Positions 49,910 through 62,567 of a DNA stretch of 64,000 nt are shown here, one piece after another. Below the pieces are notes generated by a model that was not told the origin of the DNA, ran no database searches, and worked only from the letters and a program-made list of their open reading frames with translations. Both the position numbers and the translations under genes were made by a program. The DNA lies in NCBI GenBank assembly GCA_030264375.1, contig JASCQW010000137.1, forward strand, positions 40,565,172 through 40,629,171, read 5' to 3'. The DNA is from Carcharhinus longimanus. Taxonomy: Eukaryota. Numbering within the stretch: the first letter of the stretch is position 1; every line of letters starts with the position of its first letter.

Positions 49910-50385
49910 TGTGACGCCTAACTGTATATTGGGCCTCTTTAAGGTCAGGTGACCTGGGACTCTAGCTCCACCCTGGGTGGAGCTTGCCCAGCCGGTCTTG
50001 TGTCGAGTGTGCTGGGATAAAGACATACAATCATAGAACCTAGAGTGCAGAAGGAGGCCGTTGGGCCTAACAAGTCTGTCCCGATGACGATCCCACCCAG
50101 GCCCTATCCCCATAACCCCATGCATTTACCCTAGCTAGTCCCCTGACGCTAAGGGGCAATTTAGCATGGCCAATCCACCTAACCCGCACATCTTTGGAGC
50201 ACCCAGAGCAGACATGGGGAGAATGTACAAACTCCACATAGACAGTGACCCAAGCCTGGAATCAAACCCGGGCCCCTGGCGCTGTGAGGCAGCAGTGCTA
50301 ACCAGTGTGCCACTGAGCAGCCCATTGTGTTAATAAACTGTTCCAGTTAGTTTACAACCACTGACTTCTGGTGGTTCATTATTAG
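49910..50385 (+). mobile_element. Probable solo LTR containing an HE1 SINE (-, 50030-50322)
   Basis: TGTGAC start, cctctttaag..ggtgacc, AATAAA after the SINE; the SINE itself is unambiguous. Confidence 0.6.
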
Positions 50386-50808
50386 CCTTGGTATCAGATC
50401 CCAAACATTATACAATGGGAAACAGTACCTTTATTGGTTCTGCCCATAGGTCTGCTGGGCATTGCTTAGAGCTGCCATCTGCTGCAAGTGCGTGTCAGGC
50501 AAAATTTGACCATAAATATTTGAAAAATCCAAAATCATAACTACCCGTCTGTCGAGTAAATCTGACAAGACATTGCAGTGATGCAATGGGTAAATGCAGG
50601 ATCAAACAGACCAGGCAAGTGCCAGTATCAATCAGCCATTTCTAGTGACTTAATGAGTCACATGTGGTGAGGTAAATGATTTAGCAGAAGCAGTCAGCGG
50701 CCAGTATGGGGAAAAAACTCGAAGGAAAACTGCAAAGCTGTATTTCCAAAGGAGAAATTCTGCTTAGAATAGCAAAACCTTTGAGCACGGGAGCTGTACA
50801 GTTTGTTG

Positions 50809-51347
50809 GTAAGAAGTCTCACACCAGGTTAGAGTCCAACCAGTTTATTTGATCGTAATCTCACAAACTTTCGGAAACGGTGTTCCTTCGTCAGGTGTGT
50901 GGAAGGTTCTGATAAGAGAAGGCAATATAAAGACACACTCAGTTTACAGAATACTGATTAGAATGCAAGTCTTTACAGCTAACCTGCTATTCAAGTCTTA
51001 AAGATGCAGACAATGTNNNNNNNNNNNNNNNNNNNNNNNNNNNNNNNNNNNNNNNNNNNNNNNNNNNNNNNNNNNNNNNNNNNNNNNNNNNNNNNNNNNN
51101 NNNNNNNNNNNNNNNNGCAGACAATAGCAGGTTAGCTGTAAAGACTTGCATTCTAATCAGTATTCTGTAAACTGTGTGTGACTTTATATTCCCTTCTCTT
51201 ATCAGAACCTTCTACACACCTGATGAAGGAACACCATTTCCGAAAGTTTGTGGGTTTACTATCAAATAAACTGATTGGACTCTAACCTGGTGTTATGAGA
51301 CTTCTTACTGTGTTTACCTCAGTCCAACGCCGGCATCTCCACATCAT
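50809..51347. mobile_element. Family A long fold-back element with a hammerhead in each arm
   Basis: 50809-50990 is inverted relative to 51123-51308; one-sided tail to 51347; a gap lies in the loop. Confidence 0.88.
51217..51252 (+). ncRNA. Minimal hammerhead ribozyme (mirror copy on - at about 50862-50897)
   Basis: CAC-CUGAUGA-A-GGAA caccau UUCC-GAAA-GU-UU^GUG; the mirror copy has CUGACGA. Confidence 0.72.
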
Positions 51348-51384
51348 TTTGTCGGTGCCAGTAGTTGATCAATATGTAGAGAAT

Positions 51385-51692
51385 TGTAGAATCCCTACAG
51401 TGCAGAAGGAGACCATTCAGCCCATCGAGTCTGCACCTTCCACAATCCCACACAGGCCTTATTCCAGTAACCCCACATATTTACCCTGTTAATCCCCTGG
51501 ACAGTAGGGTCAATTTATCATGGCCAATCAACCTAACCCGCGCATCTTTGGAGTCTGGGAGGAAACTGGAGCACCCGGAGGAAACCCACACAGACACGGG
51601 GAGAATGTGCAAACTCCACAGGGACAGTGACCCGAGGCTGGAATTGAACCCGGAGCCTTGGTGCTGTGAGGCAGCAGTGTTAACTACTGTTC
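51385..51692 (-). mobile_element. HE1 SINE, full length
   Basis: HER1-type tail and tRNA head both present. Confidence 0.93.
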
Positions 51693-51809
51693 CAGTTAGT
51701 GCTGCCCCTTCACTCCAGATAATGCTGTTTTTAGAGAACAGCCAGCTGTGAACTGTGTTGGCACGTGAGTTAAACTTGCTACATCTTTTGTCTTTTTAAA
51801 AGTACAAAC

Positions 51810-52340
51810 ATATAAGATTGGAGCAGAAGTAGGCCATTTGGCCCTTTCAGCCATTCAACAAGACCATGGCTGATCTATTTGTGTTTCGAATTCCACATTC
51901 CCGCCTAGCCCGATTCTCTTGCCTAACAAGAATCCATCCATTGTGATGAACACAAGGGGTCACAGGTTCAAGGTGAGGGGGGCAAGGTTTAACACAGATG
52001 TCAGAGGAATGTATTTTACACAGAGGGTGGTGGGGGCCTGGAATGCACTCCCAAGCGAGGTGGGAGAGGCAGACGCGCTGGGATCGTTTAAGACTTATCT
52101 GGATGGCCACATGAACAGACTGGGAATGGAGGGATACAAACGAATAGTCTATTGGAAGCATGAGCGGCGCAGGCTTGGAGGGCCGAAGGGCCTGTTTCCT
52201 GTGCTGTATTGTTCTTTGTTTGTTCTTTGTTCATCTATCACCGCCTTAAAAATATTCACTGACCCCACCTCCACTGCCTTCTGAGACAGAGAGTTGCTCA
52301 CTTGCACTGCCCTCCGAGAAAAAAAGTTGCTCCTCATGTC
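51810..52340. mobile_element. Older CR1 3' end (-) split by a younger HER1-type 3' end (+, about 51945-52232)
   Basis: Plus frame NTRGHRFKVRGARFNTDVRGMYFTQRVVGAWNALP; minus frame RSNFFSRRAVQVSNSLSQKAVE. Confidence 0.9.
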
Positions 52341-53206
52341 TTCTCTTTTTCAAGCTGACCTAATCACATCCCTAAGCTAACCATTCACTTTTAAAAACTC
52401 AACAGAAGTAGCTCCCTTCACTGCACTAGACAGTGGAATCTTACCAGAAAATGGCAGAGTGTCAGGGTCTGATAGAGAACCGGTTTATGAAAACAGGCTG
52501 GTTTTCTCTCCCAATCTTATGACGCGTCATAAAAAAAAGCAGGGCCATCATTTTGAGGGGCGGGGCCCAAAGACACCAGCAAAGCCAGCTCCACAGAGAT
52601 CGGGGCACTCTCTTTAAAAGGTGCCCTGATCAGAGCAAAAAATAACCTTCTTCCCAACCCCCCCACCACAGAGGTATTCCCTCCCCCACAAAGTCACATC
52701 AGCATTTTCTCTCCCCTTCAGTGCACCNNNNNNNNNNNNNNNNNNNNNNNNNNNNNNNNNNNNNNNNNNNNNNNNNNNNNNNNNNNNNNNNNNNNNNNNN
52801 NNNNNNNNNNNNNNNNNNNNNNNNNNNNNNNNNNNNNNNNNNNNNNNNNNNNNNNNNNNNNNNNNNNNNNNNNNNNNNNNNNNNNNNNNNNNNNNNNNNN
52901 NNNNNNNNNNNNNNNNNNNNNNNNNNNNNNNNNNNNNNNNNNNNNNNNNNNNNNNNNNNNNNNNNNNNNNNNNNNNNNNNNNNNNNNNNNNNNNNNNNNN
53001 NNNNNNNNNNNNNNNNNNNNNNNNNNNNNNNNNNNNNNNNNNNNNNNNNNNNNNNNNNNNNNNNNNNNNNNNNNNNNNNNNNNNNNNNNNNNNNNNNNNN
53101 NNNNNNNNNNNNNNNNNNNNNNNNNNNCCCCTCACCCCCACCTATAAGGCTCTCACTAGGGTCCGCCCCTGCCACAATGCCAACCTGTGCCAGGGCAGTG
53201 TGAAAC

Positions 53207-54308
53207 TGTTAAAAATGAACAGGTTGGGGTAGATTTTGGCTTTGTGTGATTGTGTAAAATGGGTTATTCCCATTAATTACAATTGGGAGGTGATTTTCTG
53301 ATCCTGCCAACAGAATTCACCTTCTGACATCCTATCAGCCGTTTTACACGAATGCATGACATCTGAAGATGTGCAGGTTCTGGCCCTTTGTAGGCGTGAA
53401 TCTCATGTTGTCATCGGCAATGGGCAGGGAAAGTCGCGAAAGGCGATCTGTCCAGAGGGAACTGCGTTTCCCTATTCTCTCCAGATTTTCAGCCTGTGTT
53501 GCACTTCTCTCTGACAGCAAATGCAGGCTGAAAATGGCCCCCAAGCTTTCTTTCACTAATGTAATTTAAGCTTGCTCAAGCAGCCATGTATGTGATTCCA
53601 GACCCAAGGCAACATGGTTGACGCTCAGGTTCCCTCTGAAATAGCTGAACAAATGCTGAGTTGTATTCAAGAAAGTGGCTCATCCCTACTTTCTCAAGGA
53701 CAGTGAGGGTTCGGCTTTGCCAATGATACCCACGCTTTCAGAAGGAATTAAAAATCTCTTAAAACAGAACTGTGACATTGGACTCAAATGAAGAAAAATC
53801 ACTTTAAGGAGATGCTGGACAGCTGTGGGTATCATGGCATCATACAGTAGCAGCACCTCCAGAAGAACAGAGTCACAATAGGTGGACGATATCTCTGACA
53901 ATGCTAATAGAACAATAAAAGTAGATTTGATCTGTGCAAATAGACTTTGTTGTATGCTTTTTAATACCGACGTTGACTACATAAATATTCATAAAATCGT
54001 AGAATTCCTACAGTGCAGAAGGAGGCAGTTCCCACCCAAGGAGGCCCATCGACTCTGCGCTATCTCTCTGAAAGACCATCTTACCTAGACCTACCATCCC
54101 GTCCGTTACCCCCCATCCAGGCCCTATCACCTATACCCAATGCACTTACCACGGCCAATCCACCTAATCTGCACATCTTTGGATGTGATACATTTAAGTA
54201 AAATGGGTGATAGTAAGTGGGAAGCCTAATTTACACATCTACCAATTGTAATTAATTTTACACAATCACACAAAGTCAAAATCTATGCCAATCTGTTCAC
54301 TTTTAACA
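53207..54308. repeat. About 70-bp inverted repeat (53207-53286 / 54242-54308)
   Basis: tagattttggctttgtgtgattgtgtaaaat versus attttacacaatcacacaaagtcaaaatcta. Confidence 0.8.
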
Positions 54309-55044
54309 TTTTAGCATCTGAATTGGAAAGCAGAATAGCTCCAGTGTACAGTAATCTTGAATATATTTACTCTAATGACTTGTATCTGTCTTCTGCTTAT
54401 GTAGAAATGTACACTGAAAGTAAAACTGGTATAACTGTTCTCTTGTTACTCTATATTGAGAAGGTACATAACATTCATTCTGTACTCCAGAGGATTGTGA
54501 ATGCTGTTTCGTTGAGTATATTTAAAGCTTAGATAAACAGACTATTGGGGTAGGATTTTCCAGCCCTTCCTACCAACAGGATCAGAAAATCGTGTCAAAG
54601 GCAGACAATGGTGAGCCATTGGAAAACACGCCATGGGGAGGGTGGGGGAGCAAGGTTGGGCAGCAGAATCTGGGCTTTGGCCTCTCAGGGAATTAAAGAA
54701 TATGGGAAGCAGGCAGGAAAGTGGAATTGGAGCCAAAGATCAGCCATGGATGATGGAACATGCTCAACTCAACAGGTCATATCGTCTACTCCTGCACCTA
54801 TTTCTTATGGTCCTATGTCCTTACCACACAAATATTGATTTTGAGCAACTATTGAACTCATTCAATAGTTCAGTAATTCATGAGCATCATTGCAATGGGC
54901 TTATAATATCAGTGAGAAAAGGAATTTGAAATCCAGAAGATCAAACTTAGGCTTTTAATTATATATGGCTACAATAATCATCTATACAATCAACAAGAGG
55001 TTGTTTCATTTCAATGACATTCTTTGAAAAAATTGAAATGTTTG

Positions 55045-55540
55045 GGGAGGCAATGGCCTTGTGGTATTATTGCTAGATTATTAGTTTAAATGGTCATTGG
55101 GTAAACATATGGATGATATTGGAATAGTGTAGGTTAGATGGGCTTTAGATTTGTTTTCACTGGTCAGTGCAACATCAAGTGCCAAAGGGCCTGTACTGCA
55201 CTGTTATGTTCTATGTTCTATAATCCAGAAACTCAGCTAATGTTCTGAGGAACCCAGGATATACCCCACCATGACAGATGGGGGGATTTAAATTCAATAA
55301 AATATATCTGGAATTAAGAATTTACTGATGACCATGAAACCATTGTCGATTGTCGCAAAAAACCAACTGGTTCACTAATGTTCTTTAGGGAAGTAAATCT
55401 GCTGTCCTTTCCAGGCCTGGTCAACATGTGTCTCCAGAGCCACAGCAATGTGGTTGACTCTCACTTGCCTTCAGGCAACCAGGGATGGGCTATAAATGCT
55501 GGTCAGTCAGCAACGCCCATGTCCCACGAATGAATAAAAG
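55045..55540 (+). mobile_element. Group B SINE with nested LINE tail (55085-55220)
   Basis: Head ggaggcaatggccttgtggtattattgctaga resumes at taatccagaaactcagc after tail gttctatgttcta. Confidence 0.88.
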
Positions 55541-56089
55541 AAACTTTCCTTAGCCAGCATAATGCCACCTAAAATTAAGGGCTTTAGTAGAAACTGTGCT
55601 TGTTCCAAATTTTCTTGTTACACCCTTGAAGACAGTGAATTAAAAATTGGTTTGAGATATTTGTTAACACAGCACTAGGTCCTGGTTAATGCAAGATTGA
55701 CCTGCTTTTGGCTCAGCTGGTCCACTTTGGGAGTCAGGCAGGACAGCAAAGTCAGTACAAATGTTCAATCGGTCCTTGGTTACTGCCTTTTGTGTACTCG
55801 CTCTGAACTGAATGCACTTCATTTCACCGACCTTACTGGAAAATTGCGCTGTTGAAAGCGAGAGAACAGTTGAGTTGGTGAATGAATCAAACATTTCCCA
55901 GCAAACTAGCTTGCACACAATTCAGGTGATTTTTTGAGTGTATGGAGATACTTTGGAAAGATATTTAAGAATTTGCACTTTGTGATACTTTTTAAGTAAG
56001 GATCAAGTTCCACAACCCTTTACCCTCAGTATTGTCATGCAAACCGAGAACGCTGATAGACTACAGAAATATAACAACTTGCATTCATA

Positions 56090-56406
56090 GGGGCACAGTA
56101 GTCAGAACTGCTGCCTCACAGTGCCAGGGACTGAAGTTTGATTCCTGGCTTGGGTGACTGGTTGTGCGGAATCTGCATGTTCTCTCCGTATCTGCGTGGG
56201 TTTCCTCTGGGTGCTCTGGTTTCCTCCCACACTCCAGAGACATGCAGGTTAGGTTGATTAGCCACGCTAAATTGATCCCAGTTTCAGGGGGATTAGTAGG
56301 GTAAATATGTGGGGTTACAGGGATAGGGCCTGGGTGGGATTGTGGTTGGTGCAGACTCAATGGGCCAAATGGCCTCCTTCTGCACTGTGGGGATGCTATG
56401 ATTCTA
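56090..56406 (+). mobile_element. HE1 SINE, full length
   Basis: actgctgcctcacagtgccaggga...ccttctgcactgtggggatgctatgattcta. Confidence 0.93.
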
Positions 56407-56934
56407 TATAATGCAGAAACAGACAAAAGGGAGAGATTCTAAGCAGGATGGCTGAAAACACCGCTGAAAATATAAGTTTTAAAGTAGATTTTTAAAGGAG
56501 ATGGGAAAGGTAGCATGACTGAAGAAAGAAGTTGTGGACAGGTAGGGCCAAGGCAGATAAAGGCTTTCCCATCAAGAGTGCAAGGTACATAATTCACAAG
56601 GCAAAGGAGATTGCAAAGCTATGGTGGAATAAGGACATGAAGGGATTTGAAGACACAGTGAAGGTTTAGCTCTAAAGCCTTAGGAAACAGTGTAACTATG
56701 ATGACAGAGCGAGGAAGAGTAGAACTTAGTCTGCGACACAACACTAGAGGTTTAGTTTTAGACTTCAATGTGTGTTCTTCAATGTGTGTTCCTTTTGAGT
56801 GTGGCTCTACCCAGGAGTGCAGAATCATCAAATAAACAGCACAAGGTCTAAAGAAGTGTCATACCTGGCTCTGTTTCTCTCTCTACAGATGTTGCCAGAC
56901 ATGCTGAGAGCTCAGGAACATTGTTTAAAAATAA

Positions 56935-57180
56935 AGAAAGTCTCCCAGTTAAAATGGAAATTAAAATATATTTTTTTCTCTCAGAGGGGCGTGAATTTTT
57001 GGAACTGACTTCCCCGGAGGGAAGGGAGGAGGCAGATAGATTCATGACTAACAAGGGGAGTCAAAAGTTATTGAGGATAGGTGTGAATGTGGGGTTGAGG
57101 CTGCAATCACATCAGCCATGGTTTTATTGACTGGCAGAGCAGGCTAGAGGAGCCGATTTACTCTTGCTCCTGATCTGTGT
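56935..57180 (+). mobile_element. CR1 3' relic
   Basis: Encodes FFSQRGVNFWN; atcagccatg tail. Confidence 0.78.
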
Positions 57181-57639
57181 GTTTGAATGTTTGCATTCCA
57201 AGCACTTTCTGTTTTTAGTTAAGCTTTCCAACATCTGCAGTATTTTGCTTTTTGTTAACTGCTCCTTGGACGTTCCTGGGATTTATTTACCCCTCATTGC
57301 TATCCCAGTTCTGTATTCTGCTGTAATAGCCAGATCCACTGCAGGTTCTTTCATCCACATTCGGCATGACTTTAGCATTATATTGCCTCCTACATCCAAC
57401 ATTTGACCATTTCAAAATCCAGCAATCATTGAGCTCTCGACCCTTTGTGTCACCACAGAACGTGACATGAAACTGAAGAGAATGACTATTTAACCAGAAA
57501 CCTTTTCAAAACATCAAACAAGAGTGTTCCCCTCTTTGAGAACCAAAAACCAGTTGGAACCTGGAAACAAATGAAACATATTAGAAAAATCCAGCAGTTT
57601 TTACGCTGGTACTGTTCGAGGGATTTCTATTGTATTGTG

Positions 57640-57968
57640 TTCATAGAAATCCTACAGTTCCGAAGAAGGCCATTCAGCCCATCGAGTGTGAACCGACCAC
57701 AATCCCACCCAGGCCCTTATATCCCTACATACTTTACCCGCTAATGCATCTAACCTACGCATTTCACAACTCGAAGGGGCAATTTTTAGCATGGCTAATC
57801 AGCCTAATCCTCACATTTTTGGACTGTGGGAGGAAACCGGAGCACCCGGAGGAAACCCATGCAGACAAGAGGAAAATGTGCAAACTCCACACAGACAGTG
57901 ACCGAGGCTGGGAATCGAACCAGGGTCCCTGGAGCTATGAAGCGGCAGTACTAACCACTGTGCTACCG
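57640..57968 (-). mobile_element. HE1 SINE, full length
   Basis: ggactgtgggaggaaaccggagcacccggaggaaaccc; head and tail present. Confidence 0.93.
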
Positions 57969-58391
57969 TTCAGCCGTATTGATCTCATGTAATGACCATC
58001 TATTTACTAAAATTTATCAAATTCTGTCCATGCTTCAGATGCATTTAAAAGTCCCTTTCCTTGCAGATTTTGTCCAAAAGGCACCCTCACTGGACTCTGA
58101 CATTCATGTGAATTGACATCCAAATCTTTGTTCTTTGTTTTGTTATTCTGCTGTGTGTGTGTTTGTGTATGTGTGAGTGAGTGTGTGGACGTGGCTGCGA
58201 GTCACTTTGAAATTGACTTCACAAAACAAGGGTTTGGGAAACACACCACCATCTATTTCAAAGATTAAAACACTGTTCCTTCCCTATAGGCAGAGAAAAA
58301 AGTTCAGTTTGCCCCTCTCCCCTGATGAAAACTGCATATCTTTGCCTGTAGTTTTGGTCTCCTTTTCTGAGAAAAGGTATTCTTGCTCTTT

Positions 58392-58912
58392 AGGGAGTGC
58401 AGCAAAGATTTACCAGGCTAATTCTGGGGATGGCAGGACTGATGTATGAGGAGAAAGAGACAAGGATGGGATTGTTTTCACTGGCAGTTNNNNNNNNNNN
58501 NNNNNNNNNNNNNNNNNNNNNNNNNNNNNNNNNNNNNNNNNNNNNNNNNNNNNNNNNNNNNNNNNNNNNNNNNNNNNNNNNNNNNNNNNGTTCCTGATGG
58601 TGTGGGACTCCAGAACCAAGGGTCACAGTCTGAGGATTTAGGGTAGACCATTTAGGACAGAGGTGAGGAGACATTTCTTCACCCAAAGAGTGGTGAGCCT
58701 GTGGAATTTATTACCACAGGAAGTAGCTGATGCCAAAACATGAATGCATTCAAGAGGCGGCGAAGTATAACACTTGGGGCGAATGGGATCAAAGGTAATG
58801 GGGAGAAAGCAGGATTAGGCTATTGAGTTGGACAATCAGTCACGATCATAATGAATGGCAAAACAAGCTTGAAGGATGAAGTGGCCTCCTCCTGCTATCT
58901 TCCCTGTTTCTA
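58392..58912 (+). mobile_element. CR1 LINE 3' end (gapped)
   Basis: Encodes VQQRFTRLILGMAGLMYEE and FFTQRVVSLWN. Confidence 0.92.
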
Positions 58913-60316
58913 TAACAATTGCTTCTTATCTGTTTGCTACATTGAAAATCTTTAGAAATAAATTCTCATATAGTAGGTGCTTTTGTCCTCTAAATAGTGC
59001 TGAAAAATTATTGATCGATGTACGTGCAAGATTCCACAACAGCCTGCTCTTCAAGCAAGAAATCTCTCACCTGGAACCCTTGATTTCTGGCAGCATTAAC
59101 TTTGTGTTACAAGTTGTTTGGTTTCACTCACCCCACACTATTCCCAGCAGTATGACACATCGAAGAGTTTCAACTGCAAGGTGTAGTGTGCAAAAAACAT
59201 GTGCATGGATTAGTTGCTATAAGAGGAAAGCTTAACAGCAGAATTAGTTCTGGATTTCTGCAGCGAAGAGCAAGCACTGATGCCATGGGCCAAATGGTCA
59301 CCTCCTATTCTATAAATTGGAATGGTTTTTTGGAGAAAGATCATTCTATCGTGGAGAATGGCTGTATTATACAAGGGAGAGTGGGAACAGTTTACAGTCT
59401 ATTCCTTCTGCTGACAGTGTCGACAATTCCTGTGTCATTTGCAAATCTCTCTGCAGCGTCTGAAGACTGGTTTGTTATATTTCAGTCATTATGTATTTCC
59501 AAGAGGTTTTGGGTGGGTCTGTCTGTGACAGGCAGTGTTTCAATATCCACCACTTTTCATTTTTAATGTCCTTTCCTCAGATAGTGACGAGTTTCAATGG
59601 ACCTTTGAATTACAGGAAATGTTTCTGCCTGCACATTCCCCTGAGGGTGTCTTCTTCATTTCTTCACTTTCAGTTTGGAAGGTGGCCTTGTATTTTCAAG
59701 TACTTGGTACCGTCGCAACTCAAACTGCAAAATTTCCACGCAGCTGAAAGTTGAAAAAATAATTTATTTCAAAATTATAGGGGCAGAGACTCGTGACAGA
59801 TGGTAAGAGCAGAGGTCCTTAGTGTCTTGGCCATGAGGTACCAAACAGTTTATTAAGAAAGTTGTTCTCGCTTTAAATTTTCCTGCCGCCTTGATGAGGT
59901 GCTGTTATTACGTGTCAAGAATGATGTCTAGATAAACGGGTTGGGAATCATGCTTCAGTCTCTGGCCATTCGGAATGATGTTCAGTTCTTTCTTAGCGCT
60001 GGCATTGTGAGGATGGAATGTTCTAGAGACTGTTTCCCTGATGCTGTTACATTATTTGGCCAGCTTTGGAATATGGCCATTTAATTCATCTTCCAGTTCA
60101 GTAAAGTCTGATTCTGTATGCCGCAGAAAATGTCATCTGCAGGTAAACTTCTGGGACAAGGGGGTAGGTTGTTGCTGACCAGTTGGATAGGATTGGAACT
60201 AAGATAGACTCGAGGGTAGCCCATTAGCCTGCTCCTCCAGGTGCTAGTCTTGGCACCCATATGCACTCCTGAACCCTCTGTTCAGGGGTAATGGTTCCCT
60301 GCCATCAGTAACATTG

Positions 60317-60385
60317 AGGCGGCACTGTGGTTAGCACTGCTGCCTCACAGCGCCAGGAACCTGGGTTCAACTCCCGCCTCAGGCC
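60317..60385 (+). mobile_element. HE1 SINE tRNA-like head
   Basis: ggcggcactgtggttagcactgctgcctcacagcgccaggaacctgggttcaactccc. Confidence 0.85.
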
Positions 60386-62506
60386 ATTGTTAGTGTGTAT
60401 TTTGTACCTTCTCCATTTTCTAGTGCTGCTGAAGGTGAATGGGGTTTTGGCTGTAATGCCAAATTCTCCATTGTCACGGGGTGGCCACAGAGGAGAGCAG
60501 AGAATTTTGTTCATGGTTGGATCCTGCCCAGTTGTCACACATGAAGGTCTTACAATGCAACATTGACCAGATAATCTGTTTCTTAGTGATGTAGTTTGAC
60601 GGATAAATATTGTTTAGGACATTAGTTTGAACACTCTTGCCATTGGATCTTTTACCTCTCATTGNNNNNNNNNNNNNNNNNNNNNNNNNNNNNNNNNNNN
60701 NNNNNNNNNNNNNNNNNNNNNNNNNNNNNNNNNNNNNNNNNNNNNNNNNNNNNNNNNNNNNNNNTTACCTCTCATTGAGAGAGTTTAACATCTCATCCAA
60801 ATGATGCACCGTAACATTTGGAATGCAGTCTGATTTGACTTGGTTAATCTCAAAAGCTATCAATGTAGAATCAACACTCTCCATGACTCATGAAGCACAT
60901 GTGGTGTTCAGTGAGGTATTGAGCCAGACAGATTGATAAGATTCCAGGTTCAATTCTGAAGTTGTAAAGAACTAACTGTCCTCAGCTGGATATCAGTCAG
61001 TTGTCTTGCAATTAACCGAGGAAAGAGAAAAGCTCAGCCAACACAGCTGTCCCTAACTGCTGCTCTGTGACCAGCAACGGACATCAGATTCAGACTCCGA
61101 TATGATGCACTCTGTTGTTGATTGTCTGCCAACTCTTTGGGCTTGCATGCAAAGCAAAGGCACCATGCAGTTGATGTTGTCCGTAGGTGGGTACCAAGTG
61201 CTACAAAATGAGCTGATACCTTCTGGGAAGGAGTAGGGGAGGGGATGGAGAGAGGGACATGTTTTTTAAAAATGCTGTGAGTTTGGGAGGAGTGCATTTG
61301 TGCTACTGTGGAAAATAAAGAAGTAAAACTGCGAGGTTAAAAACTTGTGAGGAATACCATTTGTATGAACAGACCTAGTTGGTATCTTCATTCCTAACGC
61401 AGTGCCAAAGGACAGAGTGAGCCAGAATTGAAGGCTACACGAAAGCCCTTAGTGGTGAGTCTGACTCTGGTGTCGAGTACACCGCAACAGATGATTTTGT
61501 TTAAAACCTAGATGAGAATATCATAGGCAGATGTCAGGCTGACCGAAGGTTGCACTGGTTGTAATGTGAGGTGTTGAAATAAATGTCCAAGACATTTGGG
61601 AGTGGTTCTTTATCATGTTAATTAAACCAATATGAGATTTAGTACTACAAGCTATCTTAACCCACTTTTAGTGTATATTGTTCTTCCCTAAACAGTTTGT
61701 TTCAATTCATTCTGAAATAAAATAAGCATTCCTTTAATATGATAAAACTGCACATGATTTAACAGTTCCAAAAGAACATTAAGATTGGAACAGAAAAAAG
61801 ACCCTATTTTTGATTTTCCAGTTGCCATTATTCAAAATGAATGGCTTGCATCTGCTTCAATGTGATGCTAATCTAAAAATCTAGCCCATAAACTTTAAAC
61901 GGCAGCTGATAAACAAGAAGGATTGGATTTTTCCAGTTGTTGGTGGAATCTCAGATGGACTTGAGGGATATTCATGAGAGAATGGCTACCAATTTCCTGA
62001 GCTGTGGGGATGTCCTACCAGAGAATTGAGACCTCAAAAAAAAATTCCTCCCAAAGAAACACATAAGAGGCTTTATTTTATGTTTAGCCAGAGGCCATTG
62101 TGCTGAACTCATTTAACAACACGAGTAGCTTCTCGTTTTTAGTTTTACAAAAAGGTCCAGTGAGAATTAATGAGGTGACTAGTTGCAATTGTTGACATAT
62201 CAGCGGTCTGGTTTCAGATTTTAAAGTCAGCTCCTCCTGAATATTTCAGGATCTGAGCCTAACCAACCGCTCTCCATTGGTCAATAATTTCTGGTTTTCT
62301 CTTACATATTCTATAATTGTTTTAAGCTACACAGTTTCCCAGAAATATCAGGCATTGGCAGTCTTCTTGGTGTGCTTTGGATTCCAAGGGGCGAATTAAT
62401 ACTGAGGGAGGTTTGCGTTGAAAGGTATAGATTCTAAACTCCATATGGATCAAGTTCTATAATGGTCGTATCTTCGAGTTCTAAGAAATACCTCCTCCTT
62501 CCTTAC

Positions 62507-62567
62507 ATTCCCTGGTGAAGGATATTCATGGTGGGGTATAGTCCCACGAGTTCTTCACTTGAAACAT
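62507..62567 (-). other. Candidate 61-nt exon
   Basis: Acceptor tttgtttttactgaactcaattttcag, donor gtaagg, open frame VSSEELVGLYPTMNILHQG. Confidence 0.25.

Noticed and set aside
60317-60385. tRNA gene candidates
   Set aside because: These are multicopy SINE heads without a full cloverleaf.
60652-60777. ttacctctcattg repeated on both sides of a gap, TSD-like
   Set aside because: More simply an unmerged contig overlap inside a Deu-SINE.
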